DNA from: Gemmatimonadales bacterium
GTDB lineage: Bacteria > Gemmatimonadota > Gemmatimonadetes > Gemmatimonadales > GWC2-71-9
Assembly (NCBI GenBank): GCA_046160105.1
Contig: JBJXGT010000036.1
Coordinates: 73,568 to 137,567, forward strand
DNA: 64,000 nt
Reading direction: 5' to 3'
Shown piece by piece: positions 9,531-17,881 of the stretch. How positions within the stretch are numbered: the stretch's first letter is position 1; each line of letters opens with the position of its first letter. The translations under genes were made by a program, and so were the position numbers. Below the pieces are notes generated by a model. That model worked only from the letters and a program-made list of their open reading frames with translations. It was not told the DNA's origin and ran no database searches.

Positions 9531-10407
9531 GTTGGTGATCGGCACGCTCCTCGCCGGCGCGGCGCCGGCGCTGGCGCAGCAACCGCAACCCGACTGGTCG
9601 AAGGTCGAGATCCGAACCCAGAAACTCAGTGACGGACTCTACGTCTTGTTCGGACAGGGCGGCAACATCGGCCTCTCGGTCGGCGCCGACGGGGCCTTCG
9701 TCATCGACGACCAGTTCGCGCCGTTGAGCGAGAAGATCCTGGCGGCGATCCGGGCGGTGACGGACAAGCCGGTTCGGTTCGTGCTCAACACCCACTGGCA
9801 TGGCGATCACACCGGTGGCAACGAGAACTTCGGGAAGACGGGGGCGATCATCGTCGCGCACCACAACGTTCGCCGCCGGATGAACCCAGCCGAGTTCGCG
9901 GACGTGGTGGGGCGGACCCAGCAGGCGCCGGCCGCCGCGCTGCCAGTGGTGACCTTCACGGACGGGGTCACCTTTCACTGGAATGGCGAGACGATTCGGG
10001 CGGTGCACGTCGCCAACTCGCACACCGACGGCGACGCCCTGATCCGGTTCACCAACGCGAACGCCCTCCACATGGGGGACACCTTCTTCAACGGCCGCTA
10101 CCCGTTCATCGACGTGGCCAGCGGGGGAAGCCTGGAGGGGATGATCGCCTCGTCCTCCCGGGCGCTCGAGATGGTCGGGCCCGAGACCCGGATCATCCCC
10201 GGCCACGGGGACGTCACCGATGCGGGCCGTCTCAGGGCCTTTCGCGACATGCTTGTCACCGTACGTGACCGGATCGGCCCGATGGTGGCCCGGGGAATGA
10301 CCGAGGATCAACTGGTCGCGGCCAAGCCAACCGCCGACCTCGACCCCGTGTGGGGAGTCTCGGAGCGGTTCGTGCGCGGTGTCCACCAGAGTCTCGCCAA
10401 GAGGTAG
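9517..10407 (+). CDS. MBL-fold metallo-hydrolase, secreted
   Basis: 296 aa with a signal peptide (LLAGAAPALAQ). HWHGDHTGGN is the HxHxDH zinc motif. Overlaps the symporter stop by 14 nt. Confidence 0.85.
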   Translation: MKLVKLVIGTLLAGAAPALAQQPQPDWSKVEIRTQKLSDGLYVLFGQGGNIGLSVGADGAFVIDDQFAPLSEKILAAIRAVTDKPVRFVLNTHWHGDHTGGNENFGKTGAIIVAHHNVRRRMNPAEFADVVGRTQQAPAAALPVVTFTDGVTFHWNGETIRAVHVANSHTDGDALIRFTNANALHMGDTFFNGRYPFIDVASGGSLEGMIASSSRALEMVGPETRIIPGHGDVTDAGRLRAFRDMLVTVRDRIGPMVARGMTEDQLVAAKPTADLDPVWGVSERFVRGVHQSLAKR

Positions 10408-10438
10408 CTGGTCGAGGGGCCGGCGCCGGAGGGATACC

Positions 10439-11590
10439 ATGGGTCGAACCGTCCGAACACTACTGGTGCTGGCGACCCTCGCTGGCGGACGGGTGGACGC
10501 CCAGACCAAGACGGCGTTCGCCTCGCTGGTCGAGCGGCTCTCCGAGCCGGGCGGCTATTTCCCGAGCGACAACCTTGTGTCCAACGAGACGTCCTACCTC
10601 CACGTCTTGGGCGCGATGCGCCGCCTCGGGGTCCGCGGGGGGGCATACCTGGGCGTTGGCCCCGAGCAGGGTTTCTCCTACATCGCGGCGATCGAGCCGA
10701 AGATCGCCCTGATCATCGACATTCGCCGGGACAACCTCCTGTTCCACCTGCTGCTCAAGGCCGTATTCGCGACGGCCCGCAACCGCCTGGAGTACCTCTG
10801 TCTGCTCTACGGTAGGCCGCTGCCTACCGACCTGCCGATGTGGACCGACCTCCCGCTCGAGTCGCTGCTCGACTATCTCGACGGCAGGCTCACCGATTCG
10901 ACCTTGCACGATCGCCAACACCGCCGGCTGATGGGCATGGTCGACGGATTTGGGGTGCCGTTGACCGAACTGGACCGGACCACCCTGCGACGGTTCCATG
11001 ACGAGTTCGCGCAGAGCGGCCTCGATATCCGGTACTCGACTCGGGGCCGCGGGCCGCGGCTGATGTTTCCGACCAATCGGCGACTCTACCTGGAGACGGA
11101 TCTCGATGGCGGCGAGGTGAGCTATCTCTCGACCGAGGATCGCTGGCGGGTGGTTCGCGACCTGGAGCGGGCCGATCGGATCGTGCCGGTGGTGGGTGAC
11201 CTGGCCGGGCCGAGCGCGGTCCGCGCGATCGGCGATTACCTCCGGGAGCAGGGTCTGGTGGTGTCGGCCTTCTATCTCTCTAACGTGGAGTCGTATCTGT
11301 TCCGGGGCGGCACCTTCCCGGCCTTCGTCGAGAACGTCCGGGCGCTCCCGAGCGGGGCCAAGAGTGTCCTGATCCGAAGCGGCTTCGGGCGCTGGGGCGG
11401 GGCGCAGATCAACATCGCCCCGGGCCATTTCAGCGCCCAGGCGCTGCAGACGTTCCCCCGATTCCTCGAGTTCGCCGCGGACCCCTCCACGGTGGAGTAC
11501 TGGAGCCTCGTCAACGATGGGCTGGAGCTGCCGGCGGCGGCGACCGCCCTCCCGCCACCATCCGGTGCTCCCCTGCTCGGTACCCGCTGA
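10439..11590 (+). CDS. Conserved hypothetical secreted protein (GVGPEQGFSYIA motif)
   Basis: Track ORF is 10379..11590. I prefer ATG 10439 (MGRTVRTLLVLATLAGGRVDAQ signal peptide). I recognise no catalytic family. It is the last gene of the same-strand S9 / small ORF / SSS / MBL run. Confidence 0.55.
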   Translation: MGRTVRTLLVLATLAGGRVDAQTKTAFASLVERLSEPGGYFPSDNLVSNETSYLHVLGAMRRLGVRGGAYLGVGPEQGFSYIAAIEPKIALIIDIRRDNLLFHLLLKAVFATARNRLEYLCLLYGRPLPTDLPMWTDLPLESLLDYLDGRLTDSTLHDRQHRRLMGMVDGFGVPLTELDRTTLRRFHDEFAQSGLDIRYSTRGRGPRLMFPTNRRLYLETDLDGGEVSYLSTEDRWRVVRDLERADRIVPVVGDLAGPSAVRAIGDYLREQGLVVSAFYLSNVESYLFRGGTFPAFVENVRALPSGAKSVLIRSGFGRWGGAQINIAPGHFSAQALQTFPRFLEFAADPSTVEYWSLVNDGLELPAAATALPPPSGAPLLGTR

Positions 11591-11613
11591 CGCGAGACGG
11601 CTGCCCCACGCGG

Positions 11614-14547
11614 TCACCGGCCCGGCTGCGCGCTCGTCTGGGTCCCGATCGCCTTGCCGGCGTCGAGGTCGTTCCAGTTCAGAATCGTATTGAAGCCGAG
11701 GAAGAAGGTCCCGTGGGTCTGCCACCGCCAAAACGGGCGGATCCCGAACATCACCAGGTGACCCCTGCCGACCGGCGCGTCGATCACCTGGGCCCGGTTG
11801 GCGAGCGCCTGTCCCCCCGCGAGCGTGCCTGACAGCAGCATCTCGGCAGGGTTCGCCGGAAACCGCATGATGACTCTCGGGGCCACCGCGTCGTTCGTCA
11901 GGCCGAGCGCTCGGGCCATCTGGCGGAGCGCGTCGGCCTCGGGATTGCCACCGGTGGCGGTGGGCCGGCGGGGGGCTTCGGCGGCACTGTCGGCCTCCCA
12001 CTCGGACAGGGGCAGCCGGCTTGCCATCGGGGTGGTGTTCTGCCCGACGCCGGGGATCTGGGTTCCCCCGCTCAGGAACGCCGCGAACTCGGCGGGCAGG
12101 CCTCCTCCGCCGGCATTCAACACCGGCGCCTGGTTGAAGTACACCGGCACCTGGGCATCGTACCCGTAGGCAATCGGGCTCTTCTTGTCGGCGACCACGC
12201 CGCGGACGATCGACCCTCGTACGAACAGCTGCGACGGCTCCTCCACCGTGATCCCCGAGGTCAATCCGTAGGCGGGGAAGATCGTCGCCGTCGATCCCTC
12301 GACGATCAGGGTCCCGCCTTCCTGGACGAACTTGGCGAGCTCGACGAGGCCCTCGATCCCCATTCCGCCCCGAATGTCGTCACTCTGATCGAGGGCGCCG
12401 AGGTTCGGGGTGGCCTCGGTCCGTCGATAGGGGAGCGGGAAGGCGGAATTCTTGGCGATGCCGTTGACCTGCGAGGTCGGGCTTCCCCCGACGTGGGGGA
12501 AGACGATCACGTCGAATTTGGCCCGGAGGCCGCCCGCTCTGAGCTGCTGATCGGCGAAGTAGGTGTAGGGGACGCCGTAGGTGTCGAACGCGGCTCTGAC
12601 CCAGCCCTCGTCCTGGGTTCGTTGCCAAGCATGAACGTAGCCGATCCGTGGCAAGTCGAGATCGTGGCTCGGCACGGTGGGCGCCGTCACGACGGCATAG
12701 CCAGTGAGCCCCAAGTCCTTCAACGTCGGCTCCAGCACGGCCCGGCTGGCGTTCGCGATGATGAACGCCCCGGGGCGAAACTCTCGTCCGGCGGCGCTGA
12801 AGCTCTCCTCGGCTGCGCGCATGGGCACGTCGCGATGGCGGTAGCGCAGCGTCACCAGGGCGTTGTCGGTGGTGTGGTCGACCAGGATGGTGCCGCCGCT
12901 GCCTTCGACGCCGCCGGGTGCCTTCACGTCGGCGGTGATCAGGGTGGTCGGGGTCGACCCCATCGGCTGGTCGGTGACGGGCAGGATCTTGAGGTTCCGC
13001 ATCAGCCCGAAGGTCCACCCGGTGTCGTCATAAGGCCGCGGATTCGCCGGCGGGTAGTTCTGGATCGAGAAGTACATGTCGGCGATGGTGCGGTAGGGCT
13101 GATCGCCCCGGACCACGTAGTCGCCGGCCGCCACCGCGATCTTGCCCGCGGTGAATGGGGCGGTGGCCCGGTGAATCTCGAGCCCCTGGCGGCGGAGGTC
13201 ATTGACCGCCTCGGCCGCGTCGGCCTGGCGGCGTTGGGCGGCGGGAATCACCCAGCCATACACCGGCCCATTCTTCCCCTTGTCGACCGCCCGCTTGTTC
13301 TTGATCCAGTAGTTCTCGAGGTACAGGGTGCGGTTCTTGGCGACGTGATTGAGGGCGAACAGCAGGGCCGACTGCTGGATGTTGGTGTTGTTGCGGGGGC
13401 CCCAGGCCATCGACGGGAGCGGCGGGTTGGCCCGATACCACTCCCGGCTCGTGGTGGTGGCGCCCGCCCGCACCGTGGTGGTGTCGGGCCCGTAGCTCTG
13501 CACTTCGTAGAACCGGCCGATGGCGTTGTGGGTGTGGGCGATGAAGAACATGTAGTTGGGCACCCAGCCATCGTAGAACCCGTAGGTCCAGACGCCGGGC
13601 ACGCCCCGCTTGGTCATCTCCATCACCTCGGTCTTGGCGAGGAGCCACCACTCGTCGACGGTGATCGGGTCGAGGGCTTCATTGTAGGGGCCGGTCCCGG
13701 TCGAGGTGTAGAGGTAGGTGACCGACTCGTGGAGGTCGTGCATGATGGTCGGCGTCCACTGGACGAAGAACTTGGTGACGTTCTTCGTCAGCGCGAGGAA
13801 CTGGCCCATTCCGTCGCGGTTGTTGTCGTGGGCGACGTACTTGCCCCAGTACATCAACGGCAGCCGCTCGCTGCCGGCGGGCCGCTTCTTGTTGAAGTAG
13901 TAGGTGTCGACGTGCTTCTCCCGACCGTCGACCTCGATCACCGGGGTGATGAAGGTGATGACGTTGCTGCGGATGGTCTGGATGAAGGGGCTCTCGCTCA
14001 CGGCGAGCCGGTAGGCCAGCTCCATCAGCATCTCGGGGCCCCCGGTCTCCGGCGAATGCATCCCGCTGGTGATCCAGTAGGCCGGCTTGGCCGTCTCGAT
14101 CAGCCGGCGGGCTTCCGCTTCGGTGGTCCGGCGGGGGTCGGTGAGCGAGGACAGCATTCCCCGATTCCGCTCGAGCTGCCGGATGGTAGCCGCGTCGGCG
14201 ACGGCCAGCACCACCATGTCCCGTCCCTCCTCGGTCTGACCGATCGTCCAAGTCGACACCCGGTCCGAGGCCTGATCGAGGGCCGCGAAATAGCGATGGA
14301 TGTCCTTGGCGTAGGTCAACTCGCCCGGTGTGCCGACGATCCGGCCGAGGAACTTGAGAGGGCTCGGTACCGTGGTCGACGCCGGCAGGTGGTCGACCAG
14401 CTCGGTGCTCATCCTGGGGTCGCGGAGGTACTCCTTGATCCGCCGAGTGTATTCCTGATCGATGGGTTGAGCGGTCGCGACGTAGGGCAACGTGGCCAGG
14501 GCGGCTAGGCTGACGGCCAAGCCGCCGAACCGGGTTCGGAGTTTCAT
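11614..14547 (-). CDS. M14 family zinc carboxypeptidase-like protein (large, secreted)
   Basis: The track start at 14577 is a TTG; ATG at 14547 gives the signal peptide MKLRTRFGGLAVSLAALATLPYVATAQ. WITSGMHSPETGG (HxxE zinc motif) and a later HDLHES are typical of M14. Confidence 0.85.
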   Translation of the reverse strand: MKLRTRFGGLAVSLAALATLPYVATAQPIDQEYTRRIKEYLRDPRMSTELVDHLPASTTVPSPLKFLGRIVGTPGELTYAKDIHRYFAALDQASDRVSTWTIGQTEEGRDMVVLAVADAATIRQLERNRGMLSSLTDPRRTTEAEARRLIETAKPAYWITSGMHSPETGGPEMLMELAYRLAVSESPFIQTIRSNVITFITPVIEVDGREKHVDTYYFNKKRPAGSERLPLMYWGKYVAHDNNRDGMGQFLALTKNVTKFFVQWTPTIMHDLHESVTYLYTSTGTGPYNEALDPITVDEWWLLAKTEVMEMTKRGVPGVWTYGFYDGWVPNYMFFIAHTHNAIGRFYEVQSYGPDTTTVRAGATTTSREWYRANPPLPSMAWGPRNNTNIQQSALLFALNHVAKNRTLYLENYWIKNKRAVDKGKNGPVYGWVIPAAQRRQADAAEAVNDLRRQGLEIHRATAPFTAGKIAVAAGDYVVRGDQPYRTIADMYFSIQNYPPANPRPYDDTGWTFGLMRNLKILPVTDQPMGSTPTTLITADVKAPGGVEGSGGTILVDHTTDNALVTLRYRHRDVPMRAAEESFSAAGREFRPGAFIIANASRAVLEPTLKDLGLTGYAVVTAPTVPSHDLDLPRIGYVHAWQRTQDEGWVRAAFDTYGVPYTYFADQQLRAGGLRAKFDVIVFPHVGGSPTSQVNGIAKNSAFPLPYRRTEATPNLGALDQSDDIRGGMGIEGLVELAKFVQEGGTLIVEGSTATIFPAYGLTSGITVEEPSQLFVRGSIVRGVVADKKSPIAYGYDAQVPVYFNQAPVLNAGGGGLPAEFAAFLSGGTQIPGVGQNTTPMASRLPLSEWEADSAAEAPRRPTATGGNPEADALRQMARALGLTNDAVAPRVIMRFPANPAEMLLSGTLAGGQALANRAQVIDAPVGRGHLVMFGIRPFWRWQTHGTFFLGFNTILNWNDLDAGKAIGTQTSAQPGR

Positions 14548-14574
14548 GGGAGGTGTCCTCGAAGAGCGGATGGC

Positions 14575-14582
14575 CAAAGATA
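14575..14582 (-). promoter_or_regulatory. TATCTTTG (TAnnTTTG-type) promoter-like box, 27 nt upstream of M14 ATG
   Basis: The complement of CAAAGATA was read directly. It is an exact match to the TAnnTTTG -7 element described for Bacteroidota sigma-A promoters. Confidence 0.4.
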
Positions 14583-14595
14583 GCGCCGCCTCTGT

Positions 14596-14617
14596 TGATA
14601 AGTGATTATCATTTATC
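14596..14617. promoter_or_regulatory. AT-rich Fur-box-like operator TGATAA-GTGA-TTATCA-TT-TATC upstream of the M14 peptidase gene
   Basis: Read directly: TGATAA/TTATCA is a perfect inverted repeat. The bottom strand GATAAATGATAATCACTTATC equals the classical Fur box GATAATGATAATCATTATC plus two single-base insertions. It lies ~50-70 nt upstream of ATG 14547, just upstream of a TATCTTTG box. Confidence 0.45.
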
Positions 14618-14742
14618 CGGTCCGGTCCGGCGTCGTGAACGGGTCCCGGGAACGGGTCCGGGCCAGTGGCGAGGGTGCCGGCCGATGGTTATCCTAACGG
14701 GAGACGCCACGGTCGGTTACGTGGCCCCACCGGAAAGCCCGA

Positions 14743-16536
14743 ATGCCGGAAGCGTTCAGCGCCCCCTCCTCATCGAGCGACCCCGGGTTGGCCGATCGAT
14801 TGCGGGCGGCCACGCTGGGTGAGTACGAGATCATGGGAGAGCTGGGACACGGCGGGATGGCCAGCGTGTACCTCGCCCACGAGATCGCCCTGGACCGGAA
14901 GGTCGCGATCAAGGTCATGACGCCGGTCTTCGCCGCCGGCGACGGGATGGCGGATCGCTTCAAGCGCGAGGCCCGCACCGCCGCGGCGCTGAGTCACCCC
15001 AACATCATTCCGATCTACGCCGTTCGCGAAGTCGACGGGTTGCTCTTCTTCGTCATGAAGGTGGTCCAGGGGACGACCTTGGACGAAGTGCTGCGCGAGA
15101 TCGGGCAATTGCCGATCGCCACCGTCGAAGCGCTCCTTGGCCAGGTCGGCAACGCGCTCGGCTACGCCCATCGGCGGGGGGTGACCCATCGCGATGTGAA
15201 GCCCGGCAACGTGATGATCGACGAGGAGGGTTGGGCGGTCGTCACCGACTTCGGCATCGCGAAAGTGGAGGAAGCGGCCGCGCTCACCGTGACCGGGATG
15301 GCCCTGGGGACGCCGTTGTACATGAGTCCGGAGCAGTGTGCCGGGGGCACGGTGACCGGGGCCAGCGATCAGTACTCGCTTGGCGCGGTGGCGTTCGAGA
15401 TGCTGACCGGACGGCCTCCTTATGGTGGCACCGGGCTGATGGCCATCATGTACAGCCACTGCAACGACCCGGTGCCGTCGGTCACCGCGCTGCGGCCGGA
15501 TTGCCCGGAGCCGCTGGCGCGAGCGATCGAGCGGATGTTGGCGAAGGCGCCCGCGGATCGGTGGCCCAGCATGGAAGACGTGGTCAACGCGATCGGGGCG
15601 CGGGCCCTGGCGCCCGACGATCCGGCTCGGTCGCAGCTGGTCGAGGTGGCCAAGACGGGTATCAATCGCGCGCTTGCCTCGCGGGTCCAGACGCCCCGGA
15701 GTCCGATTCCGATGCGACGCTCGGGGCAGGAGTCGGCCGTCACCGCGGCGGGGGCGGCAAGCCCACGGGCGTTGCCCCTCCGCGGCGCCGCCTTGGTGGT
15801 GGCCAGTGCGGCGATCACCCTCGCGGCCGTCGCCGTGTGGCGGTGGAATGCGGCCGAGCCCTCGGCGCCGGCAGCCGATTCGGTGCCGACCGCCACCGTG
15901 GCGGCGCCGGCCGTCCCGCCGCCCGGTGCGCTCGTTCCACCTCCGGCGGCGCCGTCAGTCGGGCCCGGTGCCAGGGTTACTTCGCCCTCCGAGGCTCGGG
16001 CTACCGGCACGGTGGCGTCGAGCGAGCAGCCCGCGAGCCGGACCGCCGCTCCCGTGCCCGCGCCCGCCCCGCCGCCAGGCCCCGCGGTTCCGGTCGACTC
16101 CGCGCCGCCGACTCGGGTGGTAGATTCAGCCTTGGTCGCGGCGCCGAAGGTGGTCGAGGCCCCCACCGCGGTGACCCGCCAGCCTGAGATCCGAACCGCC
16201 GAACCGATCGACGAGGTCCCCCGCATCAACCAGACGATTGAGGCGTATACCAGGGCGTTGGCCGGCGCCGACCTCGCCGCGGCGGCCGTGCAGTTTCCCG
16301 GGATGCCGAGCAAAGATCGCGACACCTATCGGGGCTTTTTCGGCTCTGGCGGGCGGATGCGACCTCGATGGAATCTGACCGAAGTTCGGGTCGAAGGCGC
16401 CGTCGCCACCGGCCGAGTGACGGGCGTCACCGAGTTTCAGGCAACGGGTGGCAAGCCGGATCAGCAAGCCGTCAATCTGCGGGCGCGATTCGAGCGCCGC
16501 CCCGCCGGTTGGGTGATCACCGCGTTGGTCAACTAA
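14743..16536 (+). CDS. Hanks-type serine/threonine protein kinase with TM segment, Pro/Ala-rich linker and C-terminal NTF2-like (SnoaL/DUF4440-like) domain
   Basis: GHGGMASVY (G-loop), VAIKV, HRDVKPGNVMI, DFGIAK and SPEQ motifs. Hydrophobic segment LRGAALVVASAAITLAAVAVW. The C-terminal ~120 aa is NTF2-like (..GRVTGVTEF...RPAGWVITALVN). Confidence 0.9.
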   Translation: MPEAFSAPSSSSDPGLADRLRAATLGEYEIMGELGHGGMASVYLAHEIALDRKVAIKVMTPVFAAGDGMADRFKREARTAAALSHPNIIPIYAVREVDGLLFFVMKVVQGTTLDEVLREIGQLPIATVEALLGQVGNALGYAHRRGVTHRDVKPGNVMIDEEGWAVVTDFGIAKVEEAAALTVTGMALGTPLYMSPEQCAGGTVTGASDQYSLGAVAFEMLTGRPPYGGTGLMAIMYSHCNDPVPSVTALRPDCPEPLARAIERMLAKAPADRWPSMEDVVNAIGARALAPDDPARSQLVEVAKTGINRALASRVQTPRSPIPMRRSGQESAVTAAGAASPRALPLRGAALVVASAAITLAAVAVWRWNAAEPSAPAADSVPTATVAAPAVPPPGALVPPPAAPSVGPGARVTSPSEARATGTVASSEQPASRTAAPVPAPAPPPGPAVPVDSAPPTRVVDSALVAAPKVVEAPTAVTRQPEIRTAEPIDEVPRINQTIEAYTRALAGADLAAAAVQFPGMPSKDRDTYRGFFGSGGRMRPRWNLTEVRVEGAVATGRVTGVTEFQATGGKPDQQAVNLRARFERRPAGWVITALVN

Positions 16537-16553
16537 CGGTCGAGGAGCAAAAC

Positions 16554-17834
16554 ATGCGCAGCCTGGCAGGTGCGGTGATTCTCTCGTTGCTCGCCGGTCC
16601 GGTGGCCGCGCAACACCTGCGCGATCGGGTCAGGGAGCTGTTCGCGTTCGGAACCTGCGGGCGGCAGTTGTGCCTCGACGGATCGGTCACGGCGGCGAAC
16701 GGCCATGGCGATCATTTCCTGCCCGAGCTGATCGCCGGCAACTCCTCGCTGATCGGATTCGTGTCCGACGCGGTCGGGAGCGCCGCCGCATCGGCGCCGC
16801 TGTCGGCCACCGGGAGTGGAGTGACCTATCGGTTCGTGGGCGGGCTCCCGGTGAAGGTGACCGAGTCGTCCGGGCCAATCCTTGCCGAGCGCGCCCAGAC
16901 CCTCGGGAAAGGCCGCTTCTTCCTCGGGGCCAACCTGACCAGCGCGAGCTTCAAGCGGATCCGCGGGGTCCCGCTCGACGGGCTCGAATTCAACTTTGCC
17001 CATCAAGACGTCGGCGCCGCCGGGCTGGGGGATCCGCCGCTCGAGAACGACATCCTCGAGGTCCGGATGCAGCTGAACCTGAAAATGCAGGTGACCACCC
17101 TGTTCGCGACGGTGGGGGTGACTGACGGGATCGACTTCAGCATCGCGGTGCCGGTGGTGCATACCTCGCTGCAGGGCCGAAGCCAGGCGCAGATCTATCC
17201 GTTCGGGTCGACGGCCCTTCATTTCTTCAATGGAACGACCGCCGCGCCCGGGCTTCGAGCCAGCACCGCCACGTTCGGCTCGGCCACGGGGCTTGGCGAC
17301 GTGGCCGTCCGGGTCAAGGCGAATCTTCGCTCGGAGGAATCGTTCGCGGTGGCCTTGCTTGGCGACGCGCGGCTGCCGACCGGTGATGAGCGCGACCTGC
17401 TCGGCGCCGGCTCGGCGAGCTTCCGGGGGCTCGGCATCATCTCGGCTCGGATCGGAGACTTTCGGCCCCACCTCAACGTCGGCGGCCTGATTCGCGGCGG
17501 GGCGGGCAATACCGACGCCGTCGCCATGACGGTGGGCTTCGAACAGCCGATGGCGACGTGGGCCACGGTGGTGGTCGATCTGTTGGGTGAGTGGCAGCTT
17601 GGCGACGGCGGCCGACGGCTTCCCGAGCCCACGGTCTATCAGTTCCCCTTTCTCCGCACGGTCCAGCCCACCAACATTCCGACGACCGGGGACGATCGTC
17701 TCGCCGGCTCGGTGGGCTTCAAGTTCCGAATGAATCGGGGCCCCACCTTCGTGACGAACGCACTGGTGCCGCTCGGGCGCGGGGGACTGCAGCCGACGGT
17801 GACGCTCACCGCGGGCCTCGAATACGGCTTCTGA
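16554..17834 (+). CDS. Putative outer-membrane beta-barrel protein
   Basis: Track ORF starts at 16368; ATG 16554 gives the signal peptide MRSLAGAVILSLLAGPVAAQ. Alternating beta-strand pattern and C-terminal ..GLEYGF (terminal Phe) are typical of OMPs. Begins 17 nt after the kinase stop. Confidence 0.6.
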   Translation: MRSLAGAVILSLLAGPVAAQHLRDRVRELFAFGTCGRQLCLDGSVTAANGHGDHFLPELIAGNSSLIGFVSDAVGSAAASAPLSATGSGVTYRFVGGLPVKVTESSGPILAERAQTLGKGRFFLGANLTSASFKRIRGVPLDGLEFNFAHQDVGAAGLGDPPLENDILEVRMQLNLKMQVTTLFATVGVTDGIDFSIAVPVVHTSLQGRSQAQIYPFGSTALHFFNGTTAAPGLRASTATFGSATGLGDVAVRVKANLRSEESFAVALLGDARLPTGDERDLLGAGSASFRGLGIISARIGDFRPHLNVGGLIRGGAGNTDAVAMTVGFEQPMATWATVVVDLLGEWQLGDGGRRLPEPTVYQFPFLRTVQPTNIPTTGDDRLAGSVGFKFRMNRGPTFVTNALVPLGRGGLQPTVTLTAGLEYGF

Positions 17835-17881
17835 CGCACCGGCGGGCTCCGGCTCGCCTAACGCCTTGGCGAGGGCTCATC

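Noticed and set aside
12493-14508. 671-aa + strand ORF antisense to the M14 peptidase gene; likewise 32006..34705(+) 899 aa antisense to the M1 gene, and 38688..39998(+), 46071..47429(-), 51001..52674(+), 56502..58097(-), 58757..60124(-)
   Set aside because: Same reasoning. The opposite strand encodes proteins with diagnostic motifs (HxxE, HExxH, SxxK, MFS loops, TonB barrel, crotonase, sulfatase CxPxR), and the shadow translations are low-complexity.
14616-14630. (TCCGG)x3 tandem pentamer next to the Fur-like box
   Set aside because: It is too short to call a functional repeat on its own and may be chance in G+C-rich DNA. I mention it only under the operator finding.
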